A stretch of 35,934 nucleotides of DNA from a plasmid. The position numbers and the translations under genes were made by a program. Numbering within the stretch: position 1 is the stretch's first letter; each line of letters starts with the position of its first letter. Below, piece by piece: positions 9,495-19,014 of the stretch. Under the pieces are notes generated by a model. The model had not been told where the DNA came from. It saw only the letters and a program-made list of their open reading frames with translations, and did not search any database. The stretch lies in sequence record NC_017487.1. One strand, given 5' to 3'.

Positions 9495-9761
9495 AAAAAC
9501 GTGAAGTATCTGAACAATTTAATAGAACAAGATCATAGGCCAATTAAGCGACGGAATAAATTTTATCGAAGTCTCCGGACTGCCTCATCCACGATTAGGG
9601 GGATGGAGACCATTCAAGGAATATATAAAAAGAACCGAAGAAATGGAACACTCTTCGGCTTTTCAGTTTCTACTGAAATCAAAATATTAATGGGAATACC
9701 TGCTTAGATTGACGGTTGGTCAGAGATAGTGTTTTTGAGTTGCAGACTTTGCAACAGAACC
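9495..9761 (+). mobile_element. IS6-family (IS1216/ISS1-like) 3'-terminal fragment with terminal inverted repeat
   Basis: ORF 9489-9707 encodes the transposase C-terminus (...NLIEQDHRPIKRRNKFY...GFSVSTEIKILMGIPA). Ends in the IR ...ctttgcaacagaacc at 9761. Confidence 0.8.
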
Positions 9762-9813
9762 AAATGGAGTAAATAACAGTTTAAACATAGTTAAACCAAT
9801 TGGGGAGCAAAGA

Positions 9814-10161
9814 GTGTCCAATTATGGACAACCAAAAGCATTCCTGGATATATTCTATACTGGTATTACTTTCTGGTATTCTTATAGAAATGATAATGCC
9901 CTGATTGCGATTGGAGTAAATAATTCAATGACAAAAGGATTAAATCGTCAAAACAATTCATATGGCAAATTTGTAACTTTGTGGGGAACATGTTCTAATG
10001 AAGCAATTCTTCTTGGGAAATATGGTCTATTAGGAATTTCTTTATCATATTTGGCGGCTATCTTTGCTGTTGCTGATGCCATCATTTTATATAAGAGCGA
10101 TATTAATAAACTAAAAAATACTTTTGTTGAGGCTTTTAATGATGATGATAGAAGACCTTAA
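9814..10161 (+). CDS. hypothetical small membrane protein (115 aa, GTG start)
   Basis: Long open frame in roughly 75% AT DNA. RBS ggggag 8 nt before the GTG. Two predicted TM segments. Confidence 0.5.
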   Translation: MSNYGQPKAFLDIFYTGITFWYSYRNDNALIAIGVNNSMTKGLNRQNNSYGKFVTLWGTCSNEAILLGKYGLLGISLSYLAAIFAVADAIILYKSDINKLKNTFVEAFNDDDRRP

Positions 10162-10186
10162 TCAAAAATAATTGGAGGGAACCAAC

Positions 10187-10519
10187 TTGGGAAGAAATAG
10201 GTCAATATTTGCAATTTTTCTATATGGTGTTGCATTATATGGAGCAACAATCATTGGAAAATTTCAGCAAACCAATATAATTCCACTTTTAATAATATTC
10301 ACTTCTACAATGCTCTGGTTTTTTACTTTTATTAATAGCTTCACTAACAAAAAAACCTTATCTTACATTTTATATGTATTGACAGCATTAATCTTTAGCT
10401 TATTATTTTGTTTATCATATTTTCTATTCACATTATTCCAGACTTCAATTGCTTATATATTTTTATTTGTAATTGAAAATATTTTAGCAGAAATATTTGT
10501 TGTTAGGGTACGAAAATAA
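10187..10519 (+). CDS. hypothetical small polytopic membrane protein (about 110 aa, TTG start)
   Basis: Open frame. RBS ggaggg before the TTG at 10187 (the ORF track starts at the TTG at 10172). Three to four hydrophobic segments. Confidence 0.5.
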   Translation: MGRNRSIFAIFLYGVALYGATIIGKFQQTNIIPLLIIFTSTMLWFFTFINSFTNKKTLSYILYVLTALIFSLLFCLSYFLFTLFQTSIAYIFLFVIENILAEIFVVRVRK

Positions 10520-10661
10520 AAAATGCAATAAAATATGTGGCAGCTCCGCTTGTAGGTAATGGTAATATGCTGGTTATTGCAAAAACGGTTTTAAAATAGT
10601 ATGATAATTTTAATAGATTAGATGCAGACTGGTAGGCTGTTACAGATTCGGAGTATGCACC

Positions 10662-11006
10662 ATGAAAAAAACAGGATTAAATATTGTGGTTTTATTTACT
10701 GTATTTTTAAGTATATATTACACATTTAATAATATTCTAAATATTAATTTGAAGTACTATTTTATACTTTTATCTTTTTTTTATATAATTCTTTTAATAA
10801 TTAATAATGAGCTTAAAAAAAGAAATATTATTAAAGATAATCAAGTATTTATCCCAGTATTTGCAAATACTTTCATCCTAGTTATAATCTCATTAATATG
10901 TATGTTTATCAACCATGAAAAAAGCGTGTTTAATTTAATAGCAATTCCAGCGTGTATTTTGGGTGCTGGAACAACATATTATTTATTAAAAATAATGCAA
11001 CCGTGA
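10662..11006 (+). CDS. hypothetical small polytopic membrane protein (114 aa)
   Basis: ATG start with RBS ggag. Three to four TM segments. A terminator follows. Confidence 0.55.
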   Translation: MKKTGLNIVVLFTVFLSIYYTFNNILNINLKYYFILLSFFYIILLIINNELKKRNIIKDNQVFIPVFANTFILVIISLICMFINHEKSVFNLIAIPACILGAGTTYYLLKIMQP

Positions 11007-11015
11007 AATAAATTA

Positions 11016-11060
11016 CAGCTCATAACTTAATCGTTGTGAGCTGGTCTTTTATTTTATTCT
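11016..11060 (+). terminator. hairpin terminator cagctcataac / gttgtgagctg plus T-rich tail
   Basis: 11-bp stem with one G-U pair, followed by gtcttttattttatt. Confidence 0.55.
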
Positions 11061-11614
11061 AAAACTTATTAATATATCTATAAATTGTGGTTCTTGAAAC
11101 TCCCCAAGAATCCGCAATCGACTTAATCGGCGTACCACTTTCTACCAAGGTTTTAAGAAGCTTTACGTCTTGTTCCGAAAATTTCTCAGGTCTTCCTCCA
11201 AGTCGTCCTCTTGCACGTGCGGCTTCTCTACCAGCGGCAGAACGCTCCAAAATAAGATTTCGCTCAAATTCCGCAAAAGCCGCAAACAAATGAAACATCA
11301 ATTGTCCAGTCGAACTTGATTTATCCATTGTAATATTTTCTTGTAGACTATGAAAACTTACCCCTTTATTATTAAGAGAATTAACAATATTAATGAGATC
11401 TTCCATATTTCTACCTAGTCGATCCAATCGCCAAACAACAATCGTATCCCCAGGACGAGAAAATTCGATGGCGGATTTTAATCCAGGTCTTTCTCTTTTA
11501 CTTCCTGACATATGGTCAGTAAAATATTTTTTCACAGTTATATTTTTTGAGACTATCTTTTTGTAAATCTAAATTTTGAAGTCCAGTTGAAACTCGTGCG
11601 TATCCTATATTCAT
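11059..11614 (-). pseudogene. serine recombinase (resolvase/invertase) gene disrupted by a 1-bp frameshift
   Basis: The catalytic N-terminus MNIGYARVSTGLQNLDLQKDSLKKYNCEKIFY* is in one frame from the ATG at 11614 (RBS gaaggag). The rest (...FTDHMSGSKRERPGL...LDRLGRN...HTH) is in the +1 frame. The shift lies in a T4/A-rich run near 11520-11535. Confidence 0.8.
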
Positions 11615-11744
11615 TTTTTTCTCCTTCATTTTAATTTATTGTACCATAACTTAGAAAGATATGTATAAATGAACATAGAATAAATTACGGGTTAATGAAC
11701 AATAAATGTAAATGTTTTTGAGAATTTTAATAAGAAAAGAAGAG

Positions 11745-11772
11745 TGTCCAGAAAATGACCTTTTTCTGGACA
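11745..11772 (-). terminator. perfect 11-bp hairpin tgtccagaaaa / ttttctggaca; terminator for the minus-strand amidohydrolase gene
   Basis: Perfect inverted repeat with a T-rich tract on the minus strand just beyond it. Confidence 0.6.
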
Positions 11773-11848
11773 GAGGATAGAAATATTTTTATAAGTTTAT
11801 TAAATAACGAAGGAGCAACTTTAGCTACAAATCTTGCTATTTGTAAAT

Positions 11849-13045
11849 CTACATTTTTTTATTGAAAAATAGATAGTTTATAGTTACAGTTGCAACTGCT
11901 TTAGCCGCGATTAAAATACTTTTCTCATTCATTTTAAATAAAGGGCTATGATGGGGATAATTTCCGCCGTCTTCAGGCTGTGCACCAATGTAAAAGAAAG
12001 TACTTGGTACAACTTGCCCATAATATGAAAAATCTTCAGAAGGATTTTGTGGTCCTAAATCGACTATATTATTGACTTCTGAAATATTCTGATCTTTTAA
12101 GCTGTCAACTACAAAGTGAGTGAGATTTTCTGAATTAAAGAGTACAGGATAGTTATCGTCATAATCTACAATCACTTCAACCCCAAAGGTTACTCCAACG
12201 CCTTTAGCAATTTGTTTCACTTGGTCTCGGATGACTTTTCTAGTTGTTTCTTTCATCATCCGAACATCCCCTTTTAACACTACTTTATCTTGTATAGCAT
12301 TAAAACTTCCTGCTCCATCAAATGATCCAATAGTTACAGTACCCATGTCAAATGGATCTATTCTTCTTGAAATTACTGTTTGGAGTTCAGTTACAAAGTA
12401 ACTAGCGGCTACTATTGCATCATTACTTAATTGTGGCATAGAAGCGTGACCTCCGTTTCCTTTGATTGTAATGGTGAAATTAGAACGTCCCGTTTGAGTT
12501 TCTTTATTATGATAGGCAATGACCCCTGTTTTAATTGTAGTCATCACATGAACCCCGATCATATTATCGACACCGTCAAGAGCTCCTGCTTTAATCATAC
12601 CTTTGGCACCACCAGGAGATACTTCCTCTGCTGGTTGATGGACAATTCTAACTCTTCCCGGAAGTTCTTGTTTTATTTTTACTAGTTCTCTAGCAAGTAC
12701 CATCAAATATGCAGTATGTGCATCGTGTCCACAGGCATGCATTACTCCTGGATTGACCGATTTAAAACTTAAATCATTATCTTCAAAAATAGCAAGAGCA
12801 TCAAAGTCTGCTCTCAACGCAAGAGTTTTTCCGGATTTTCCACCTTCAATATTAACGATGATTCCAAATCCCTTTCCGATAAGTTTTGGTTCACAGTCAA
12901 GTTCTTTATAAAAGCCCATAATATACTTAAATGTTTCTTTTTCTTGAAAAGAAATTTCTGGGTATTGATGAAGATGACGCCTAATTTGAATCATTTCATT
13001 CTCATATTGTGTTAAGCTAGTCAACAAATTATTAAGTAGTTTCAT
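11849..13045 (-). CDS. M20-family amidohydrolase (aminoacylase/hippuricase-like, peptidase M20D)
   Basis: 398 aa with the metal-binding motifs typical of M20D (HACGHD, GGHAS). Confidence 0.85.
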   Translation of the reverse strand: MKLLNNLLTSLTQYENEMIQIRRHLHQYPEISFQEKETFKYIMGFYKELDCEPKLIGKGFGIIVNIEGGKSGKTLALRADFDALAIFEDNDLSFKSVNPGVMHACGHDAHTAYLMVLARELVKIKQELPGRVRIVHQPAEEVSPGGAKGMIKAGALDGVDNMIGVHVMTTIKTGVIAYHNKETQTGRSNFTITIKGNGGHASMPQLSNDAIVAASYFVTELQTVISRRIDPFDMGTVTIGSFDGAGSFNAIQDKVVLKGDVRMMKETTRKVIRDQVKQIAKGVGVTFGVEVIVDYDDNYPVLFNSENLTHFVVDSLKDQNISEVNNIVDLGPQNPSEDFSYYGQVVPSTFFYIGAQPEDGGNYPHHSPLFKMNEKSILIAAKAVATVTINYLFFNKKM

Positions 13046-13257
13046 ATGATACCTCTAAACTTTCTACCCGAATTGCTAGTTAATTTCATTGGAAAATAAA
13101 TAAGTCGTGCTATCCTAATCTTAAAGCACTAAGCATTAGAAAGCTCACGACTTATATGACTTATAATAGCACACTTCCAAAAGTTTTTGTTTATTTACTG
13201 ACAACCATTGAGACGCTTTATCAAACGAGTGTTCCCCTTGAGGTTCAAAACCGAAAG

Positions 13258-14066
13258 GGTTCTGTTGCAAAGTTTTCCAAAAAATCTATTTTAGTGTAAA
13301 ATTGAGAAAAAAGACAGAGAGGACAGAGTAATGAATCATTTTAAAGGCAAACAATTCAAAAAATGACGTCATTATTGTCGCTGTTGGTTACTACCTGCGT
13401 TACAATCTAAGCTATCGTGAAGTTCAGGAATTGTTATATGATCGTGGAATAAATGTTTGTCATACTACGATTTATCGTTGGGTGCAAGATTACAGCAAAG
13501 TCCTCTATTATCTTTGGAAGAAGCAAAATAGACAATCCTTCTATTCATGGAAAATGGACGAAACCTATATCAAAATTAAGGGACGTTGGCATTATCTTTA
13601 TCGTGCAATTGATGCGGACGGCTTAACCTTAGATATCTGGTTACGAAAGAAACGGGATACGCAAGCAGCCTATGCTTTCTTAAAACGACTCCATAAACAG
13701 TTTGGTGAGCCGAAAGCAATTGTGACCGATAAAGCACCTTCTCTTGGCTCCGCCTTTAGAAAGTTACAGAGTGTGGGTTTATATCCTAAGACAGAGCACC
13801 GAACTGTGAAGTATCTTAACAATTTAATAGAACAAGACCATCGACCTATTAAACGACGGAATAAATTTTATCAAAGTCTCCGTACAGCCTCTTCCACGAT
13901 TAAGGGCATGGAGACCCTTCGAGGAATATATAAAAAGAACCGAAGAAATGGAATGCTCTTCGGCTTTGCGGTGTCTACTGAAATCAAGGTATTAATGGGA
14001 ATACCAGCCTAAGATATTTGGAGTTCAGAGAGGGCGAGTTTGATTTTCAAACTTCGCAACAGAACC
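13258..14066 (+). mobile_element. IS6-family element (IS1216/ISS1-like), 809 bp, copy A, transposase frameshifted
   Basis: Left IR ggttctgttgcaaagtttt at 13258. Right end ...cttcgcaacagaacc at 14066. The tnp ATG is at 13331, but an extra T (caaaaaatgacgtc versus caaaaaagacgtc in copy B) gives MNHFKGKQFKK*. The rest is ORF 13431-14012. Confidence 0.85.
13331..14012 (+). pseudogene. IS6-family transposase with a 1-bp insertion frameshift
   Basis: Compared with the copy at 18291-18941. Confidence 0.8.
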
Positions 14067-14377
14067 AAAATAAGCATAACTTTTAAAGTGCTCCATAACT
14101 GTTAGATTTCTTGTCTAACAATTATGGAGCACTTTAGGTTCCCTGTGCTTTTTTATTTGTTCAAAAACAGCAACCGTAATTTGTTTTTTCCCAGTACTAT
14201 AGCTAACTTAAATGTACTTTTCATTAGCCAACGTTAAAATTCGTCTTATACTAAAATTTAATTGTTTAAATGTGATAATCAATGTGATATTATTATTATA
14301 TGACAACAATGGTTGTTAACAACGTTTAAATTATTCGTATACTTATTCGTATACTATCAAAAATGGAGGAATAGGTA

Positions 14378-15619
14378 TTGAAAACAAATCGCTATGTTGT
14401 TGCGTTTGCAGGTGTCATGTTTCATTTAATGATTGGTTCCGTTTATGCTTGGAGTGTTTTTACTAATCCAATTGCAAAACAAAATGGTTGGGCAGAATCC
14501 TCAGTCGCTCTTGCATTTAGTATCGCTATTTTCTTCTTGGGAATGTCAGCCGCCTTTATGGGCAAAGTCGTTGAAAAAATAGGCCCTAGACTAACGGGAA
14601 CTATTGCTAGCTTTCTTTACGGAACTGGAACCATTATGACTGGTTGGGCTATCCATCAAAATTCAATTTGGCTATTATATCTCTCATATGGTGTCATAGG
14701 CGGCTTAGGACTGGGAGCAGGATACGTTACCCCTGTATCAACAATTATTAAATGGTTTCCAGACAAACGCGGTTTAGCAACGGGGTTAGCTATTATGGGA
14801 TTTGGTTTTGCAGCAATGCTGACTGGTCCTGTTGCTCAACAGCTAATGGCTAGTGTTGGTCTTGAACAAACATTCTATCTCTTAGGAACATTTTATTTTG
14901 TTATTATGCTGCTCGCTGCACAGTTTATTGTTCGTCCAAATCTGGCACTATCAAGCACTACTGAAAATAGCATTTCTCAAAAAAAGGGAACACGTCTAAC
15001 CCGAGGACCGGAGCTAACAGCTAACCAAGCCCTCAAAACTAAATCCTTCACTTTTCTTTGGATAATGTTATTTATCAATATTACATGCGGGATCGGCCTT
15101 GTCTCAGCTGCATCCCCCATGGCTCAAAGTATGACCGGCATGTCTGTCCAAACAGCCGCAATTATGGTTGGAATCATAGGCCTTTTCAATGGCTTTGGAC
15201 GTTTGATATGGGCAACTTTGTCTGATTATATCGGGCGCCCTGCTACTTTCAGTGCCATTTTTATTCTCGATATTGTAATGCTTTCAGCCATGCTCATCTT
15301 CAAATTACCGCTCCTATTTGTCATTGCATTATGCTTGTTGATGTCTTGTTATGGAGCAGGCTTTTCTGTCATCCCAGCCTACTTAGGTGATGTCTTTGGT
15401 ACTAAAGAATTAGGAGCTGTTCATGGATATGTACTGACAGCATGGGCTGCTGCCGGAGTTGTTGGACCATTACTATTATCATTAACACATCAACTGTTCC
15501 ACAATTATACTTTGACATTAGCTGCCTTTATTTTGATTGATCTATTGGCACTGCTAATCTCATTCTGGATACAACGAGATTTCATTAAAGCCAGCAAATT
15601 AATAAAAAGCAAATCATAA
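14378..15619 (+). CDS. MFS transporter, oxalate/formate antiporter (OFA) family-like
   Basis: 413 aa, 12 TM. N-terminal signature GSVYAWSVF typical of the OFA family. TTG start with RBS ggagga. Confidence 0.75.
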   Translation: MKTNRYVVAFAGVMFHLMIGSVYAWSVFTNPIAKQNGWAESSVALAFSIAIFFLGMSAAFMGKVVEKIGPRLTGTIASFLYGTGTIMTGWAIHQNSIWLLYLSYGVIGGLGLGAGYVTPVSTIIKWFPDKRGLATGLAIMGFGFAAMLTGPVAQQLMASVGLEQTFYLLGTFYFVIMLLAAQFIVRPNLALSSTTENSISQKKGTRLTRGPELTANQALKTKSFTFLWIMLFINITCGIGLVSAASPMAQSMTGMSVQTAAIMVGIIGLFNGFGRLIWATLSDYIGRPATFSAIFILDIVMLSAMLIFKLPLLFVIALCLLMSCYGAGFSVIPAYLGDVFGTKELGAVHGYVLTAWAAAGVVGPLLLSLTHQLFHNYTLTLAAFILIDLLALLISFWIQRDFIKASKLIKSKS

Positions 15620-15744
15620 AAAACTACTTTAAAGCGCATTAAATTATTAAAAACTAAGACAAAATTGCATAAAAAAGAGTCTAAAACAGCATGAGCCGTA
15701 AAGTGCAACACAAAAGTTAGACAAAATTGAATATTTATAAACTG

Positions 15745-15857
15745 CTAAGGCATGTTCCCTGTATTCGCAGGGAGTCATGCCTTTTGTTTTCTGTGATATT
15801 CGTCGATTGTTAAACCAATCGACGTAATTCTTTGTGATTTCCTTGAATTCTCCAATA
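15745..15857 (-). pseudogene. IS3-family transposase (OrfB) C-terminal fragment
   Basis: ...FKEITKNYVDWFNNRRISQKTKGMTPCEYREHA resembles the C-terminus of an IS3-family integrase. It is truncated upstream by the IS6 fragment at 15858. Confidence 0.6.
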
Positions 15858-15955
15858 GGTTCTGTTGCAAAGTTTTCCAAAAAATCTATTTTAGTGTAAA
15901 ATTGGGAAAAAAGACAGAGAGAACAAAGTAATGAATCATTTTAAAGGCAAACAAT
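15858..15955 (+). mobile_element. IS6-family 5' fragment: left IR plus the first nine transposase codons
   Basis: ggttctgttgcaaagttttcc... then atgaatcattttaaaggcaaacaat. Homology ends at 15955. Confidence 0.8.
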
Positions 15956-16258
15956 CCTGAAAAGTATCAGTATGATAAAAGTGAAGTTGTTGCTCATAAT
16001 GGTTTTAGATATCGTCAATATTTAACAGACGTTGGTGTAGATACAGATGTTATTCTGCAAGAAATAGTACAATGGATTCGTGAATCTAATTGTTATGAAT
16101 ATGGCGACTTGGTTGATTATGCTGTATCTGAAAAGTTTGATGAATGGTTTCCTACTGTTAGAAGTCAGACGATCTTTTTAACTGCTTATTTACGTTCTAA
16201 TCGGCATAAGCCTTTTAAAAAAATAGATAGAGAAACTGGAGAAAAATTTGTATTTTGA
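15956..16258 (+). pseudogene. 5'-truncated gene fragment (about 100 codons, no start codon), unknown function
   Basis: The frame is open from the IS6 junction to the TGA at 16256-16258 (...EVVAHNGFRYRQYLTDVGVDTDV...) and contains no Met. Confidence 0.4.
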
Positions 16259-16331
16259 AAGGTTTCATAAGACAGTTGATAAATTATGGAGTGACTATTC
16301 AGTATAAAATTTGAATAGGGAGTTAATAAAA

Positions 16332-16742
16332 ATGACAATAAATTTCAGTATAAGTAAAGATATCGATATTAAGCAATTAGAAGAATTATATAATGACGTT
16401 GGTTGGAGTGCGTATACTCAAGATTTGGAAGTATTAAAGCAAGCTATATTACAATCGTTAGATGTTATAACTGTTTGGAATGACGATAAATTAGTAGGGC
16501 TTATTAGGGCTATTGGAGACGGATTAACGATTGTGTATATACAAGATATACTTGTTTTGAATGCTTATCAGAATAAGGGTATTGCAAGTGAATTATTGCA
16601 AAGAATATTAAATAAATACAAAAATGTTCGTCAAAAAGTTCTTTTAACTGAAGAAGCTTCTGGTGTTAGATATTTTTATGAAAAGAATGGTTTCGAATCC
16701 TGTGATCAGGGATTGTTAGTTGCGTTTGCTAAAATGAACTAA
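16332..16742 (+). CDS. GNAT-family N-acetyltransferase
   Basis: 137 aa with acetyl-CoA binding-like motif QNKGIASELLQRIL. RBS agggag before the ATG at 16332. Confidence 0.75.
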   Translation: MTINFSISKDIDIKQLEELYNDVGWSAYTQDLEVLKQAILQSLDVITVWNDDKLVGLIRAIGDGLTIVYIQDILVLNAYQNKGIASELLQRILNKYKNVRQKVLLTEEASGVRYFYEKNGFESCDQGLLVAFAKMN

Positions 16743-16754
16743 ATTGTGATCTTG

Positions 16755-16779
16755 AGAGTGGCTTAGCCACTCTTTTTTT
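16755..16779 (+). terminator. rho-independent terminator agagtggc-tta-gccactct plus T7
   Basis: Hairpin directly after the GNAT stop, followed by ttttttt. Confidence 0.75.
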
Positions 16780-16947
16780 GTTTTGGCTTTATTGAACGAA
16801 AAAAATTGATAAATTTTTGAGTGAATTATCGCCCATTTTTTGGGCGGATTTTTTTGTGATTGGCACAAAAAAAGGTGTTTTTTGACACGAAGTGTCAATT
16901 TTTGCGCTAGCAAAAACAAGCCTCGCAGAGCCCACACTTTACCATGT

Positions 16948-17072
16948 GAAGAAAAGGAACGCTCTTCGGCTTTTCGGTGTCTACTGAACTCAATGTATTA
17001 ATGGAAATACCAGCCTAAGATATTTGGAGTTCAGAGAGGGCGCGTTTGATTTTCAAACTTCGCAACAGAACC
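16948..17072 (+). mobile_element. IS6-family 3'-terminal fragment (about 125 bp) with right IR
   Basis: ...ggaacgctcttcggcttttcggtgtctactgaactcaatgtattaatgg... ends cgcaacagaacc at 17072. Confidence 0.75.
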
Positions 17073-17076
17073 TTTC

Positions 17077-17490
17077 ATGCTCTCAGCATTATTTTCTAGC
17101 TTTGCAAATTTTTTTGAAACAAGTTATATTGTAGTTAAAAAAACTACAGGAGGATTTATCACATTTTTATTTGGAGCAATCGTTTGTGTCATTGCACAAG
17201 TATTACTTATTCCATTATTTGGCTTGAATGGTGCTGGATTAGCTTCAATGCTTGGATTCTTAACAACGTTTTTATTTCGTGTCAAGGATACGCAAAAATT
17301 TGTGGTGATTCAGATTAAATGGCGAACTTTTATAAGTAATTTTGTGATCATTTTGGTACAAATTCTTTGTTTATTTTATCTGCCGAGTAAAGTCTTGTAT
17401 CTATGCCTTGCCCTATTATTTTGTGGCATGTTAGTGGTTAATCAGCGTACAATTTTATACATTATCATGGCGCTAAAAAATAAAAAATAA
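17077..17490 (+). pseudogene. C-terminal fragment of a polytopic membrane protein, possibly a MOP/Wzx-type polysaccharide flippase
   Basis: 137-aa hydrophobic ORF that begins immediately at the IS6 end. Flippase assignment is a weak pattern guess. Confidence 0.35.
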
Positions 17491-17520
17491 GACATTTGGA
17501 ATGAAATCCTCATAAAAATA

Positions 17521-17564
17521 GACAGGAGATATATCTCGATACCATTCGAGATATATCTCCTGTC
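17521..17564. terminator. bidirectional terminator, perfect 19-bp inverted repeat gacaggagatatatctcga / tcgagatatatctcctgtc
   Basis: Lies between convergent genes 17077-17490 (+) and 17591-18166 (-). Confidence 0.8.
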
Positions 17565-17590
17565 TATTCTTATGCTACTTTTGGGTTAGC

Positions 17591-18166
17591 TCAACTCAAC
17601 CGCCTTTTAATCTCCCAACAACAATAATACCCAATCAAACAACCCAAAAAATTCAAGATAATATCACTAATGGCAAATGTGCCCAAATAAAAGATAAATT
17701 GAATCGTTTCAATTCCTAAAAGTGTGACCAAACTGACAATGACAAACTGTTTGAAATCAGTATTGATACAGTAAAGGCCACCTAAAGGAATGAAGTAGAT
17801 AATATTTAGCACTGCCTCTTGAATCGTTCTGGTATCCGCTTTTATAAAGTCAAAAGGATTCAGTGATATCGCCTGAAAATCCGTTGTTTTAGTAAAAAGC
17901 ACCATGAATAACAGTAATAAATACACACTGAAAGCAAGATAGAGATAAATAACTGAAAAATGTTTGAGGTGATACTGGATGCCAAACAACCAGATAATCA
18001 GCGTTAATAAGAGTATTAAAGTTAATGCGGTATAGTCAAAGTGGTTAATCAACCTAGCCAGGCTTTGATAGCGAGTGAGAACGGGCATAATCAGCCAAGT
18101 AATCGTCGCATAACTCAGGATAAATGTGACCAATAAACTGCTGAGGTAGATCATATATTTTCGCAA
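17591..18166 (-). CDS. VanZ-like family membrane protein
   Basis: 191 aa, 4-5 TM. C-terminal ...GIETIQF...ISDIILNFLGCLIG resembles the VanZ-family signature. Confidence 0.5.
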   Translation of the reverse strand: MRKYMIYLSSLLVTFILSYATITWLIMPVLTRYQSLARLINHFDYTALTLILLLTLIIWLFGIQYHLKHFSVIYLYLAFSVYLLLLFMVLFTKTTDFQAISLNPFDFIKADTRTIQEAVLNIIYFIPLGGLYCINTDFKQFVIVSLVTLLGIETIQFIFYLGTFAISDIILNFLGCLIGYYCCWEIKRRLS

Positions 18167-18206
18167 CTGTTTCTAACTCCTTTTCTTGATGAGATTAACC
18201 CTATTT

Positions 18207-19014
18207 GGTTCTGTTGCGAAGTTTGAAAATCAAACGCGCCCTCTCTGAACTCCAAATATCTTAGGCTGTTATTCCCATTAATACCTTGATTTAAGTAGAC
18301 ACCGAAAAGCCGAAGAGCGTTCCATTTCTTCGGTTCTTTTTATATATTCCTCGAAGGGTCTCCATGCCCTTAATCGTGGAAGAGGCTGTACGGAGACTTT
18401 GATAAAATTTATTCCGTCGTTTAATAGGTCGATGGTCTTGTTCTATTAAATTGTTAAGATACTTCGCAGTTCGGTGCTCTGTCTTAGGATATAAACCCAC
18501 ACTCTGTAACTTTCTAAAGACGGAGCCAAGAGAAGGTGCTTTATCGGTCACAATTGCTTTCGGCTCACCAAACTGTTTATGGAGTCGTTTTAAGAAAGCA
18601 TAGGCTGCTTGCGTATCCCGTTTCTTTCGTAACCAGATATCTAAGGTTAAGCCGTCCGCATCAATTGCACGATAAAGATAATGCCAACGTCCCTTAATTT
18701 TGATATAGGTTTCGTCCATTTTCCATGAATAGAAGGATTGTCTATTTTGCTTCTTCCAAAGATAATAGAGGACTTTGCTGTACCCTTGCACCCAACGATA
18801 AATCGTAGTATGACAAACATTTATTCCACGATCATATAACAATTCCTGAACTTCACGATAGCTTAGATTGTAACGCAGGTAGTAACCAACAGCGACAATA
18901 ATGACGTCTTTTTTGAATTGTTTGCCTTTAAAATGATTCATTACTCTGTCCTCTCTGTCTTTTTTCTCAATTTTACACTAAAATAGATTTTTTGGAAAAC
19001 TTTGCAACAGAACC
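18207..19014 (-). mobile_element. IS6-family element (IS1216/ISS1-like), 808 bp, copy B, inverted relative to copy A
   Basis: IRs ggttctgttgcgaagttt (18207) and ggaaaactttgcaacagaacc (ending 19014). Transposase ORF 18291-18941. Confidence 0.88.
18291..18941 (-). CDS. IS6-family transposase, 216 aa, shortened by about 10 aa by a premature stop (GAA to TAA)
   Basis: Full N-terminus MNHFKGKQFKKDVIIVAVGYY.... Ends ...GFSVST*. Other copies continue EIKVLMGIPA. Confidence 0.85.
   Translation of the reverse strand: MNHFKGKQFKKDVIIVAVGYYLRYNLSYREVQELLYDRGINVCHTTIYRWVQGYSKVLYYLWKKQNRQSFYSWKMDETYIKIKGRWHYLYRAIDADGLTLDIWLRKKRDTQAAYAFLKRLHKQFGEPKAIVTDKAPSLGSVFRKLQSVGLYPKTEHRTAKYLNNLIEQDHRPIKRRNKFYQSLRTASSTIKGMETLRGIYKKNRRNGTLFGFSVST

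Noticed and set aside
16790-16947. Structured intergenic region with short hairpins (cgcccattttttgggcg, gacacgaagtgtc) as a possible ncRNA
   Set aside because: The stems are short, no promoter or terminator pairing is evident, and the region is more likely leftover spacer DNA next to an IS6 fragment. I mention it only for completeness.
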